From Methanobacterium sp. (GTDB lineage: Archaea; Methanobacteriota; Methanobacteria; Methanobacteriales; Methanobacteriaceae), in contig PMWA01000126.1 in the NCBI GenBank assembly GCA_003166335.1, forward strand, positions 1-21,501: 21,501 nt of DNA, written 5' to 3'. How positions within the stretch are numbered: the stretch's first letter is position 1; each line of letters starts with the position of its first letter. The translations under genes were made by a program, and so were the position numbers. Shown one piece after another: positions 1 through 8,303 of the stretch. The notes under the pieces are model-generated. The model had not been told where the DNA came from, ran no database searches, and saw nothing but the letters and a program-made list of their open reading frames with translations.

Positions 1-39
<39 letters not shown>

Positions 40-109
40 AAAAAAAAATAGTTAAAATAATATTTTCAACGAATTAACGTTAAGCATACAGACATCTTTA
101 GTTTTCCAT

Positions 110-117
110 ATTTAAAT
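110..117 (-). promoter_or_regulatory. Candidate TATA box for tRNA-Leu
   Basis: Minus strand reads AAGA-TTTAAATA, matching archaeal BRE/TATA, about 70 bp upstream of the mature tRNA 5' end. The AT-rich background makes this weak. Confidence 0.35.
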
Positions 118-220
118 CTTATCCTACGATATTTATTTTATTTATTTAACACATTTATTACTAAATAAAATAGAATTTAACTTACTCAAAAATTTTTATT
201 TTATTTAGGGAGAAATTTTT

Positions 221-523
221 ATGGAAGCAGTGAAGGATGTTGTTGAAGGTGTATTAGTAGATATTGAGGTTTCTCCTAAATCCAAGAAGTTTGAAATTTC
301 TGGTTATAATATGTGGAGGGGCGAAATTGAAGTTAGAATTGTATCGGTTCCTCAGAAGGGTAAGGCTAATAAGGAGATTATAAAAGAATTTTCTCAATTA
401 ACTAAGTCATCGGTTGAGATCGTGTCGGGTCTTAGAAGTCAGCATAAGACTCTGAAAATTTATGGTATTTCTGAATCAGAGTTTTTAGATGTTTTAAGGA
501 GGAATACTAGTTTAATAAAATAA
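221..523 (+). CDS. DUF167 / YggU (UPF0235) family protein
   Basis: 100 aa with family pattern V-x-P-K-S-K-K ... P-Q-K-G-K-A-N-K-E-I-I ... V-E-I-V-S-G-x-x-S-x-x-K; GGGAGA RBS at 208..213. Confidence 0.9.
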   Translation: MEAVKDVVEGVLVDIEVSPKSKKFEISGYNMWRGEIEVRIVSVPQKGKANKEIIKEFSQLTKSSVEIVSGLRSQHKTLKIYGISESEFLDVLRRNTSLIK

Positions 524-525
524 AG

Positions 526-566
526 TTTTTTTTAATAATCCTAAATTTCTCATTTAAAAAAAAAAA
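526..566. terminator. Convergent oligo(T) terminators between the DUF167 gene and rfbB
   Basis: T8 at 526..533 on + just after the DUF167 stop; A11 at 556..566 (T11 on -) just after the rfbB stop. Archaeal intrinsic termination uses oligo(T). Confidence 0.5.
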
Positions 567-590
567 TTAAAGGGTGATTCTGATTTTTAA

Positions 591-1532
591 TTAAATATTA
601 TTAACTAAGTTTTTGTTTGCTATGTACCATTTAATAGTCTCTTGCATAGCTTCTTCGAAGGTCCATTCTGGTTTCCAGCCGAGATTCTGTGTTTTGGATG
701 AATCTAGTGAGTAACGTCGGTCGTGTCCCAATCGGTCATCCACATATTTTATCAGACTTTCAGGCTTCTCTAAGATATTTAATATAAGTTTTGTTATTTC
801 TATATTAGGTTTTTCGTTTTCACCGCCAATATTGTAAACTTCTCCAATTTTTCCTTCATTTAAAACGACATCAATACCTTTACAGTTATCTAAGACGTAT
901 ATCCAGTCTCTAATATTTTCTCCGTCACCGTAGACGGGTAATGGTTTATCTTCCAAAGCATTCAATATGAATAATGGAATTAGTTTTTCCGGATATTGGT
1001 AGGGTCCGAAATTGTTACTGCTTCTGGTTATAAGAACTGGCATACCATAAGTCTTGTAATAGGCTTTTACCAGCATATCTCCTCCGGCTTTACTTGCTGA
1101 GTAGGGGCTGCTGGGGTTTATGTTACTTTCTTCCGTGAAAGATCCGTTTTCTATACTTCCATATACTTCATCTGTAGAGATTTGGAGATACTTCTCTACA
1201 TCATATTTCCTAGCGCATTCAAGGAGATTATAAGTACCAATGACATCGGTTTTGACAAATATACTAGGGTCTTCAATTGATCTATCAACATGTGTTTCAG
1301 CGGCAAAATTCACAACTAAATCACAGTCTTCCATAGCAATCTTCACATCGTCTTCGCATCCTATATCTCCGTTTATAAATTCGATTTCATTAAGGATTTC
1401 CTTTAGATTATCCTTATTCCCAGCATAGGTGAGTTTATCTAAGACTGTTATTTCATAATCATAATTATCGTGGATGTATTGAGTGAAATTTGCCCCAATG
1501 AATCCTGCTCCACCTGTTATTAATATCTTCAT
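591..1532 (-). CDS. rfbB: dTDP-glucose 4,6-dehydratase (RmlB)
   Basis: GGAGFIG Rossmann motif, DKLTYAGN, AAETHVDRSI, STDEVYG, YSASK (YxxxK), DRLGHDRRY; GGAG RBS. Confidence 0.97.
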   Translation of the reverse strand: MKILITGGAGFIGANFTQYIHDNYDYEITVLDKLTYAGNKDNLKEILNEIEFINGDIGCEDDVKIAMEDCDLVVNFAAETHVDRSIEDPSIFVKTDVIGTYNLLECARKYDVEKYLQISTDEVYGSIENGSFTEESNINPSSPYSASKAGGDMLVKAYYKTYGMPVLITRSSNNFGPYQYPEKLIPLFILNALEDKPLPVYGDGENIRDWIYVLDNCKGIDVVLNEGKIGEVYNIGGENEKPNIEITKLILNILEKPESLIKYVDDRLGHDRRYSLDSSKTQNLGWKPEWTFEEAMQETIKWYIANKNLVNNI

Positions 1533-1554
1533 ATAAAATCTCCTTTTATATTAA

Positions 1555-2022
1555 TTATCCGTTACTTTTACCTGGTGTTAACAGCCAATCGTAGGGAATT
1601 TCCTTAGTATCTGCAGGTAAACGGAATTCATCAGGCTCTTCGTAATTATACGGTAAGGTAGGTACACTTATAAAGTAAGCTGTTTCTGTTCCAATACCTT
1701 TAAAACCGTGATATACTAGTGGGGGAACGCTGATGAGCATTGGATTCTTCTCACCTACAAAAAATTCATTCAATTCCTTGTAAGTGGGTGAATCTTCCCG
1801 AGCATCATATAATGCAACCTTCATCATGCCATGAATACATGTAAAATTATCTGTTTGTTTTTTATGCATATGCCAAGCCTTAACTACTTCAGGATAAGCT
1901 GTAGTAATATAAACCTGACCGAACTCATTATAAATTTCATCATCATTGCGTAATATTTCCATAAGCCAACCCCGTTCATCGGGGATGACTCTGAGTTTTT
2001 TCGTTTTTACACCATCTATCAT
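1555..2022 (-). CDS. rfbC: dTDP-4-dehydrorhamnose 3,5-epimerase family cupin (short SpsL-like form)
   Basis: 155 aa with DERG, KAWHMH, DARxDSPT and VYHGF motifs; AGGTGG RBS at 2032..2037; directly upstream of rfbB. Family is secure, exact activity less so (see findings). Confidence 0.8.
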   Translation of the reverse strand: MIDGVKTKKLRVIPDERGWLMEILRNDDEIYNEFGQVYITTAYPEVVKAWHMHKKQTDNFTCIHGMMKVALYDAREDSPTYKELNEFFVGEKNPMLISVPPLVYHGFKGIGTETAYFISVPTLPYNYEEPDEFRLPADTKEIPYDWLLTPGKSNG

Positions 2023-2067
2023 AAAAAAAATCCACCTTTAGTTTAATAATGATTCTCTCAAAAAAAA

Positions 2068-2075
2068 TTTATATA
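2068..2075. promoter_or_regulatory. Candidate TATA box in the divergent rfbC / rfbA intergenic region
   Basis: TTTATATA preceded by an A-run on +; reads TATATAAA on -, about 45 bp upstream of the rfbC start. Confidence 0.35.
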
Positions 2076-2206
2076 TTCTATAGTTATTAAAACATTACTC
2101 AATAAAAAATATTTACTTATAGACATTTTAAGGTGAATTTAATAAAAAAAAATAAATTTTATCAAAAATATATTTAATAAATAATTTTTTTAAAAAAATA
2201 GGATGT

Positions 2207-3283
2207 ATGAAAAAGATGAAGGGATTGATTTTATCTGGAGGACATGGAACCCGGCTGCGGCCTTTAACGCACACGGGACCCAAACAACTTATTCCCATTG
2301 CTAACAAGCCTGTTTTATTCTACGCTATAGAGGATCTTAAAGAAGCTGGTGTAACAGACATTGGGCTTATATTAGGAACTAACATGCCAGAAAAGGTTAA
2401 AGAAGCTGTGGGTGATGGTTCAAAATTTGGAGTAAATATCACTTACATACTGCAAGGTGAACCCAAGGGATTAGCCCACGCAGTAGCAGTGGCTCATGAA
2501 TTCATAGGCGATGAATCATTTATCATGTATTTAGGAGATAATATACTTAAATCCGGAATAAATGAATTCGTGGAGGGCTTTCAAGATTCAGATTATCAAG
2601 CCCGCATATTACTGCAGCAAGTGGAAAATCCTAAGCAATTCGGTGTTGCGGAATTAGATCAACGGGGGCAAGTGTTAAATTTGGTGGAGAAACCCAAGAA
2701 ACCTAGAAGTAACTTGGCATTAGTGGGTATTTATCTATTTAAATCTTCTATATTTGAAGCTATAAGTAATATTAAACCCTCTTGGAGGGATGAGTTGGAG
2801 ATCACTGATGCTATTCAGGAACTTTTAAACTCCCAACTTAAAGTGGATTCTCATGTCGTTAAAGGATGGTGGAAGGATACTGGTAAGCCAGAAGATGTTT
2901 TAGATGCTAATCATTTAATATTAGATGTTTTAAAACCGATAAATAATGGAAAAATTGAGGAAGGAGCTAAGATCAGCGGTAGAGTCTCTATAGGTAATAA
3001 TACTATAGTTAAAAAGGATAGTGTAATCCGTGGGCCGGTGATTATAGGTGAAAACTGTGAAATAGCTACTTATATTGGACCATATACTAGTATAGGTGAT
3101 AATAGTAGAATCACTGGTGGAGAAATAGAATCCTCTATAGTGATGGGTGATGCGGTTATTGAATGTGATGAGAGAATAGTAGATAGCCTTATAGGTAATC
3201 ATTGCCAAATTGTTTCAGGGGAGAATAATCTTCCTAAGGGTCGTAGATTTGTTATAGGAGAAAATTCCTTGATAAATCTATAA
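2207..3283 (+). CDS. rfbA: Glucose-1-phosphate thymidylyltransferase, long form (RmlA with C-terminal hexapeptide-repeat domain); alternative start 2216
   Basis: GGHGTRLRPLT, KQLIPIANKP, GLAHAV, YLGDN, VEKP, ELEITDA, WWKDTG; C-terminal I/V-G-x-N hexapeptide repeats; adjacent to rfbBC. Confidence 0.93.
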   Translation: MKKMKGLILSGGHGTRLRPLTHTGPKQLIPIANKPVLFYAIEDLKEAGVTDIGLILGTNMPEKVKEAVGDGSKFGVNITYILQGEPKGLAHAVAVAHEFIGDESFIMYLGDNILKSGINEFVEGFQDSDYQARILLQQVENPKQFGVAELDQRGQVLNLVEKPKKPRSNLALVGIYLFKSSIFEAISNIKPSWRDELEITDAIQELLNSQLKVDSHVVKGWWKDTGKPEDVLDANHLILDVLKPINNGKIEEGAKISGRVSIGNNTIVKKDSVIRGPVIIGENCEIATYIGPYTSIGDNSRITGGEIESSIVMGDAVIECDERIVDSLIGNHCQIVSGENNLPKGRRFVIGENSLINL

Positions 3284-3581
3284 AAAGAATTTGATATGAT
3301 AATCTTTTAATATTCAAATTATTATGCACTCCTTTTTTCTTTTATAAAATGGGAAAATAGTTTATATTTAAAATACTTATTAGTTAATGAAATAAAAAAA
3401 GTTTAGTCTGAGTTGGGAGAAAATTGGGTAAATTTATATTAAAGAGATTAATTCAATTATAATTAAGATTTGTTAGGAGTATTGACTCGAAAGATTTTAT
3501 AAAATAAAATTTATTTGATCATAAAAAAATATTTAAATTCAAATTATAAAAACATGGGACTTACAGTAGGTGAATATTAAT

Positions 3582-4430
3582 ATGAAAGCTGTTATACCTG
3601 CCGCTGGTTTGGGTACTAGATTCTTGCCAGCTACTAAAGCGCAACCCAAAGAAATGTTGCCTGTTTTTAACAAACCCACCATTCAGTATGTTGTGGAAGA
3701 GGCGGTGTCCTCTGGAATTGATGATATACTGATTATAACGGGTAAGGGAAAACGATCCATTGAAGATCATTTTGACCGTTCATTTGAACTGGAATACTTT
3801 CTACGGAACTCGGGAAAGACGAATAGTTTATTAGAAATTGAAGCTATTTCTGATATGGCGGATATTTATTATGTGAGACAGAAACAGCAGAAGGGATTGG
3901 GAGATGCCATATCATGTGCTAAGAAGCATATTGATGGAGATCCATTTGCTGTACTTTTAGGTGATACTATAACTCAATCTAATATTCCCTGCACTAAACA
4001 ACTTCTAGAAACTTTTTATAAGTATGAATCATCTACAATTGCCATAGAAATGGTTCCAGATGAGCGGATAGAGAGATATGGTATAATTAAAGGTACTGAG
4101 ATATCTAATTCCGTTTATAAAATTGAGGATATGGTGGAGAAACCCACTTTAAAAGAGGCACCTTCAAATCTAGCTATAACTGGTAGATATATACTTGTAC
4201 CTGAAATTTTTGACCATATTGAAAGTATCCCACCAGGAGTAGGTGGAGAGATTCAACTTACAGATGCAATGCGGTTAATGAATGAAATGTACGGTTATGT
4301 GTTAGAGGGTAAAGTTTATGACATTGGTAACACGGTGGAATGGCTTAAAAGTTCAATAGAAATAGCCCTTAAAGATGAAAGTGTGAAATATGAGTTAAAA
4401 CAATATTTGAAAGAACTTTTAAAGGATTAA
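3582..4430 (+). CDS. galU: UTP-glucose-1-phosphate uridylyltransferase
   Basis: KAVIPAAGLGTRFLPATKAQPKEMLP, KGLGDA, VEKP, GEIQLTDA. Start moved from the ORF-track GTG at 3570 to the ATG at 3582 because AGGTGA (3568..3573) is a well-spaced RBS. Confidence 0.95.
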   Translation: MKAVIPAAGLGTRFLPATKAQPKEMLPVFNKPTIQYVVEEAVSSGIDDILIITGKGKRSIEDHFDRSFELEYFLRNSGKTNSLLEIEAISDMADIYYVRQKQQKGLGDAISCAKKHIDGDPFAVLLGDTITQSNIPCTKQLLETFYKYESSTIAIEMVPDERIERYGIIKGTEISNSVYKIEDMVEKPTLKEAPSNLAITGRYILVPEIFDHIESIPPGVGGEIQLTDAMRLMNEMYGYVLEGKVYDIGNTVEWLKSSIEIALKDESVKYELKQYLKELLKD

Positions 4431-4699
4431 AATAATTAAACATGAATTCATATTCTTATAAAGTACATTAAATTTTATTCAATTAGAGGTCTTTTTTTTG
4501 GAAATTAGAGTTTAATTATAAAAAATTAATTTTTTTTTAAAGTAATATTATAAGTTTAATTTACTATTTTCAGTTCATGATTAAGTTTATTAATAAATGT
4601 TTATTAACGGATAAACTTATAAAATAAATAATAAATTTTTTTATTTAATAAAAAAAAATTTCATAGTCGTCATTTGTTTTAAGAAATAAAAGTGGTTTA

Positions 4700-5827
4700 A
4701 TGAAGATTTCAATTGTCATTCCGGCCCTTAACGAAGAAGGCATAGTGGGTAAAACAGTTAAATCTGTGCCAATAAAAGAATTAGAAGAGAAGGGATTTGA
4801 AACTGAAATAATTGTAGTGGATAACGCATCAACTGATAAAACGGCAGAAGAAGCAAGTGAAGCTGGTGCAAAAGTAGTATATGAAAAGAAGAGAGGATAC
4901 GGTAATGCTTATCTAAGAGGATTCAAGGAAGCTAAAGGTGATATAATCGTAATGGGAGATGCAGACGGTACTTACCCTCTTAATACTACTTATAAATTCA
5001 TCCAACCCTTAATAAATGAGAAAGCTGATTTTGTAATGGGATCCAGACTTAAAGGAGATATACAAAAAGGAGCCATGCCAGCTCTTCATAGGTACATAGG
5101 AAATCCATTTCTCACCTGGATGTTAAATTCACTATTTTCAACTGGAATATCCGATGCTCATTGCGGTATGAGGGCTATAAAAAAAGAAGCACTAAATAAA
5201 TTACCTTTACGCAGTGGTGGGATGGAATTCGCATCAGAAATGGTGATTGAAGCATCCCGAAAAAACCTTAAAATAGCTGAAATACCAATCACTTACTATC
5301 CTCGAGAAGGGGAATCAAAACTCAGTTCTTTTGCAGATGGATGGAGGCATCTGAGATTCATGATGCTCTACCGACCTACACCATTCTTACTGGTGCCGGG
5401 TCTCGTAGTTCTACTTTTGGGTATAACCTTAATGATTGGAGTGTCATTGCTGAGTCAATCCAGATGGAATTCACTAATCTTGGGTAGTTTACTACTTATA
5501 GTTGGATATCAAATGCTCCTAGCATGGATTCACTTCGGAGCTTTTGGAGAGACTTATGGTGTCGCCCATAGTTCTGACGTGATAAAAAAGTTCATGAGTT
5601 ATCACTCATTAGGAAAAGAGCTGCTTTTAGGTGTGATACTTCTAATTGCCGGAGGAATTGTTGGAGTTAATGTTCTTTATACTTGGAGTGCATCTGGGTT
5701 TGGAGGATTATACCAAACTTGGAGTGCAATAATGGCTCTGGTACTATGTATATTAGGAATCCAAACTATTTTCTCCGGAATATTCTTGAGTTTGATGCTC
5801 TTAAATAATAGTGATAAATCAGATTAA
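4700..5827 (+). CDS. GT2 glycosyltransferase, polyprenol/dolichol-phosphate hexose synthase-like, with C-terminal membrane domain
   Basis: [39 protein letters not shown], [15 protein letters not shown]; about four hydrophobic segments after residue ~228. Confidence 0.88.
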   Translation: MKISIVIPALNEEGIVGKTVKSVPIKELEEKGFETEIIVVDNASTDKTAEEASEAGAKVVYEKKRGYGNAYLRGFKEAKGDIIVMGDADGTYPLNTTYKFIQPLINEKADFVMGSRLKGDIQKGAMPALHRYIGNPFLTWMLNSLFSTGISDAHCGMRAIKKEALNKLPLRSGGMEFASEMVIEASRKNLKIAEIPITYYPREGESKLSSFADGWRHLRFMMLYRPTPFLLVPGLVVLLLGITLMIGVSLLSQSRWNSLILGSLLLIVGYQMLLAWIHFGAFGETYGVAHSSDVIKKFMSYHSLGKELLLGVILLIAGGIVGVNVLYTWSASGFGGLYQTWSAIMALVLCILGIQTIFSGIFLSLMLLNNSDKSD

Positions 5828-5850
5828 AAATTTTTTTTGAGGGATTCCTG

Positions 5851-6981
5851 ATGAAGATAGCCTATGTTTACGATGCAGTTTACCCATGGGTGAAGGGAGG
5901 AGCTGAAAGAAGGATTTATGAATTAGCAAGAAGGTTAATCCTTAAGGGTCATGAAGTCCACTGGTATGGTGTAGGTTGGTGGTGGCCAGAAGAAGGCCCG
6001 AAAGATATTGAATTGGATGGTATTAAATTACATGGAGTTTGTGAACCAATTAAACTTTATAATGGTAATAGGAGATCTATTAAAGAAGCCATGTATTATG
6101 CTTTGAAACTTTACCCAAAATTGAGGGGTGAAAATTTTGATATTATTGATTGTCAGGGATTTCCCTTCTTTTCATGCTTCACGTCGAAAATTTATTCATT
6201 ATTTGGAAATACAGTTCTAGTAATAACTTTACATGAAGTTTGGAATCAATACTGGTATGAATATTTGGGAATTATAGGAATATTCGGTAAAATAGTTGAG
6301 AATTTAATGGTTAATTTGACTGATAAACTTATTTCTGTATCTAATAATACTAAGAATGAACTTCATAAAATTAAACCATCTGAAAAGTCAGTGATCATTC
6401 CTAATGGAATTGATTTTAAAGAAATAACTGAAATTAATCCTTCAGTTGAAAAATCAGATGTTATATTTGCAGGGAGGCTTATAAAAGAGAAAAATACGGA
6501 TTTACTTCTTAGATCACTGGTTTTGGTGAAAAAGAGTCTTCCTAATATTAAATGTTTTATTATTGGTAATGGTCCTGAAAAACATAATCTGGAAATATTA
6601 AGGGATGATTTAAATCTTGAGGATAATGTGAAATTTCTAGGGTTTTTGGAAGATCACAGTTTAATTTCACATATAAAGTCTTCACTAGTTTTTACATTAC
6701 CCTCGACTCGTGAGGGATTTGGAATGGTGGTTTTGGAAGCTAATGCTTGCGGTTTACCTGTGGTGGTGATTAATCATCCTATGAATGCATCAAAGGATCT
6801 CGTAAAAGATAATATTAATGGTTTTATTGCTGAATTTTCTGAGGATTCTTTGTCAGATAAAATTTTAGAGGGTATTAATGGGAAGTTTAGAATGGAGGAT
6901 GCTTGTATAAATTTAGCTAGAGCGTATGATTGGGATGAAATAGTGATGGATTTAGAGGATTTTTATCGAGAGGTTTTATAA
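5851..6981 (+). CDS. GT4 glycosyltransferase
   Basis: GGAERR, IPNGID, FAGRLIKEK, EGFGMVVLEA (E-x7-E). Confidence 0.92.
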   Translation: MKIAYVYDAVYPWVKGGAERRIYELARRLILKGHEVHWYGVGWWWPEEGPKDIELDGIKLHGVCEPIKLYNGNRRSIKEAMYYALKLYPKLRGENFDIIDCQGFPFFSCFTSKIYSLFGNTVLVITLHEVWNQYWYEYLGIIGIFGKIVENLMVNLTDKLISVSNNTKNELHKIKPSEKSVIIPNGIDFKEITEINPSVEKSDVIFAGRLIKEKNTDLLLRSLVLVKKSLPNIKCFIIGNGPEKHNLEILRDDLNLEDNVKFLGFLEDHSLISHIKSSLVFTLPSTREGFGMVVLEANACGLPVVVINHPMNASKDLVKDNINGFIAEFSEDSLSDKILEGINGKFRMEDACINLARAYDWDEIVMDLEDFYREVL

Positions 6982-7094
6982 AATTCCAGATGGTTAAATT
7001 AATTTTTTAATAAAAAAAAAATTTTTTAGTATTTATTAATTTTAGGGGATTTAAGTTTTTTATTTATTATTTTAAGAAATGGAATTGAAATATA

Positions 7095-8219
7095 ATGAAA
7101 ATAGTACAGACACCCGTAAGGTTTTACCCGTTCATAGGTGGTGTGGAGAATTATGTTTATTATCTTTCTAAGGAATTAGTTAGACGAGGACATCAGATAG
7201 AGGTTATATGTGCTAATGAACCGCAATCAATTAATATTGATAATATTGAGGGAATTAAAGTTAAAAGATTATCTTATCTGGGTAGAATTGCTAATACTAA
7301 TATCACTCCCCAACTTCCTTTAATACTATCCCAGGAAGATTATGATATTATTCATACTCATATACCCACACCTTGGAGTGCTGATTGGAGCGCAGTATTA
7401 TCTAAAATTAAAAATAAACCGTTAGTAATTACTTATCATAATGATATTATTGGTGAGGGTATTGTTGATTACATTGCTCGTTTTTATAACTCCACATTCC
7501 TTAAATTACTGCTTAAAAGGGCAGATAAGATCATTATAACTCAGCCTAGTTATCTTAAATCATCTAATTATTTAAGGGATTATCAGGATAAGATTGAAGT
7601 AATCCCTAATGGTGTTGATGTAGATAAATTCCAGCCTAGAAAAACCTTTAATGATGATTATACTATTTTTTTCCTGAGTCTTTTAGATGAATTCCATCGA
7701 TATAAAGGATTAGATTATCTATTAAAATCGCTTCAAATAGTTAAAAAAGAAATACCTAATTTTAAACTGGTGGTGGGCGGTAAAGGTGTTTTGGTGGATT
7801 ACTATAAGAAAATGGCTGCTTCAATGGGATTGGTTGATAACGTGGAATTTACGGGTTTTATATCTGATGATGAAATTGTTGGGTATTACAATCAAGCCAA
7901 TGTATTTGTGTTACCTTCCACTTCTTCTTTACAGGAGGGGTTTGGGATTGTGGCATTGGAGGCTTTAGCTTGCCAGATTCCAGTTATTACTACGGATATT
8001 GTAGGGGTGGCGGAGGATTTAGTTGCAGTTAATGGTGGATTAGTAGTCCCTCCTAAAGATGTTGTAAAACTTGCTGAAGCTATAATTATTATATTTAAGG
8101 ATAGAGAATTACAAAAAGAGATGGGTAAACGTGGTAGAAAACTGGTAATGGAAAAATATACGTGGAAGAGCGTGGCTAGTAACATGGAAAAACTATATAA
8201 GATTATCTGCTCAAAGTAA
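7095..8219 (+). CDS. GT4 glycosyltransferase
   Basis: [26 protein letters not shown]. Confidence 0.92.
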   Translation: MKIVQTPVRFYPFIGGVENYVYYLSKELVRRGHQIEVICANEPQSINIDNIEGIKVKRLSYLGRIANTNITPQLPLILSQEDYDIIHTHIPTPWSADWSAVLSKIKNKPLVITYHNDIIGEGIVDYIARFYNSTFLKLLLKRADKIIITQPSYLKSSNYLRDYQDKIEVIPNGVDVDKFQPRKTFNDDYTIFFLSLLDEFHRYKGLDYLLKSLQIVKKEIPNFKLVVGGKGVLVDYYKKMAASMGLVDNVEFTGFISDDEIVGYYNQANVFVLPSTSSLQEGFGIVALEALACQIPVITTDIVGVAEDLVAVNGGLVVPPKDVVKLAEAIIIIFKDRELQKEMGKRGRKLVMEKYTWKSVASNMEKLYKIICSK

Positions 8220-8303
8220 CTCTAAAAATTTTTTATGACTAATTTTTTTTGAAGGTAAATCTAGAAATAAATAGTACTAAGCTATTAAAAATATTTATAA
8301 AAT

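Noticed and set aside
1240..1428. 62 aa ORF on +
   Set aside because: Antisense shadow inside rfbB with no motifs.
2930..3208. 92 aa ORF on -
   Set aside because: Antisense to the rfbA hexapeptide region.
3561..3770. 69 aa ORF on -
   Set aside because: Antisense to the conserved galU N-terminus.
7786..8185. 60 aa (+, alternate frame) and 97 aa (-) ORFs
   Set aside because: Both lie inside an intact GT4 gene; no sign of a frameshift.
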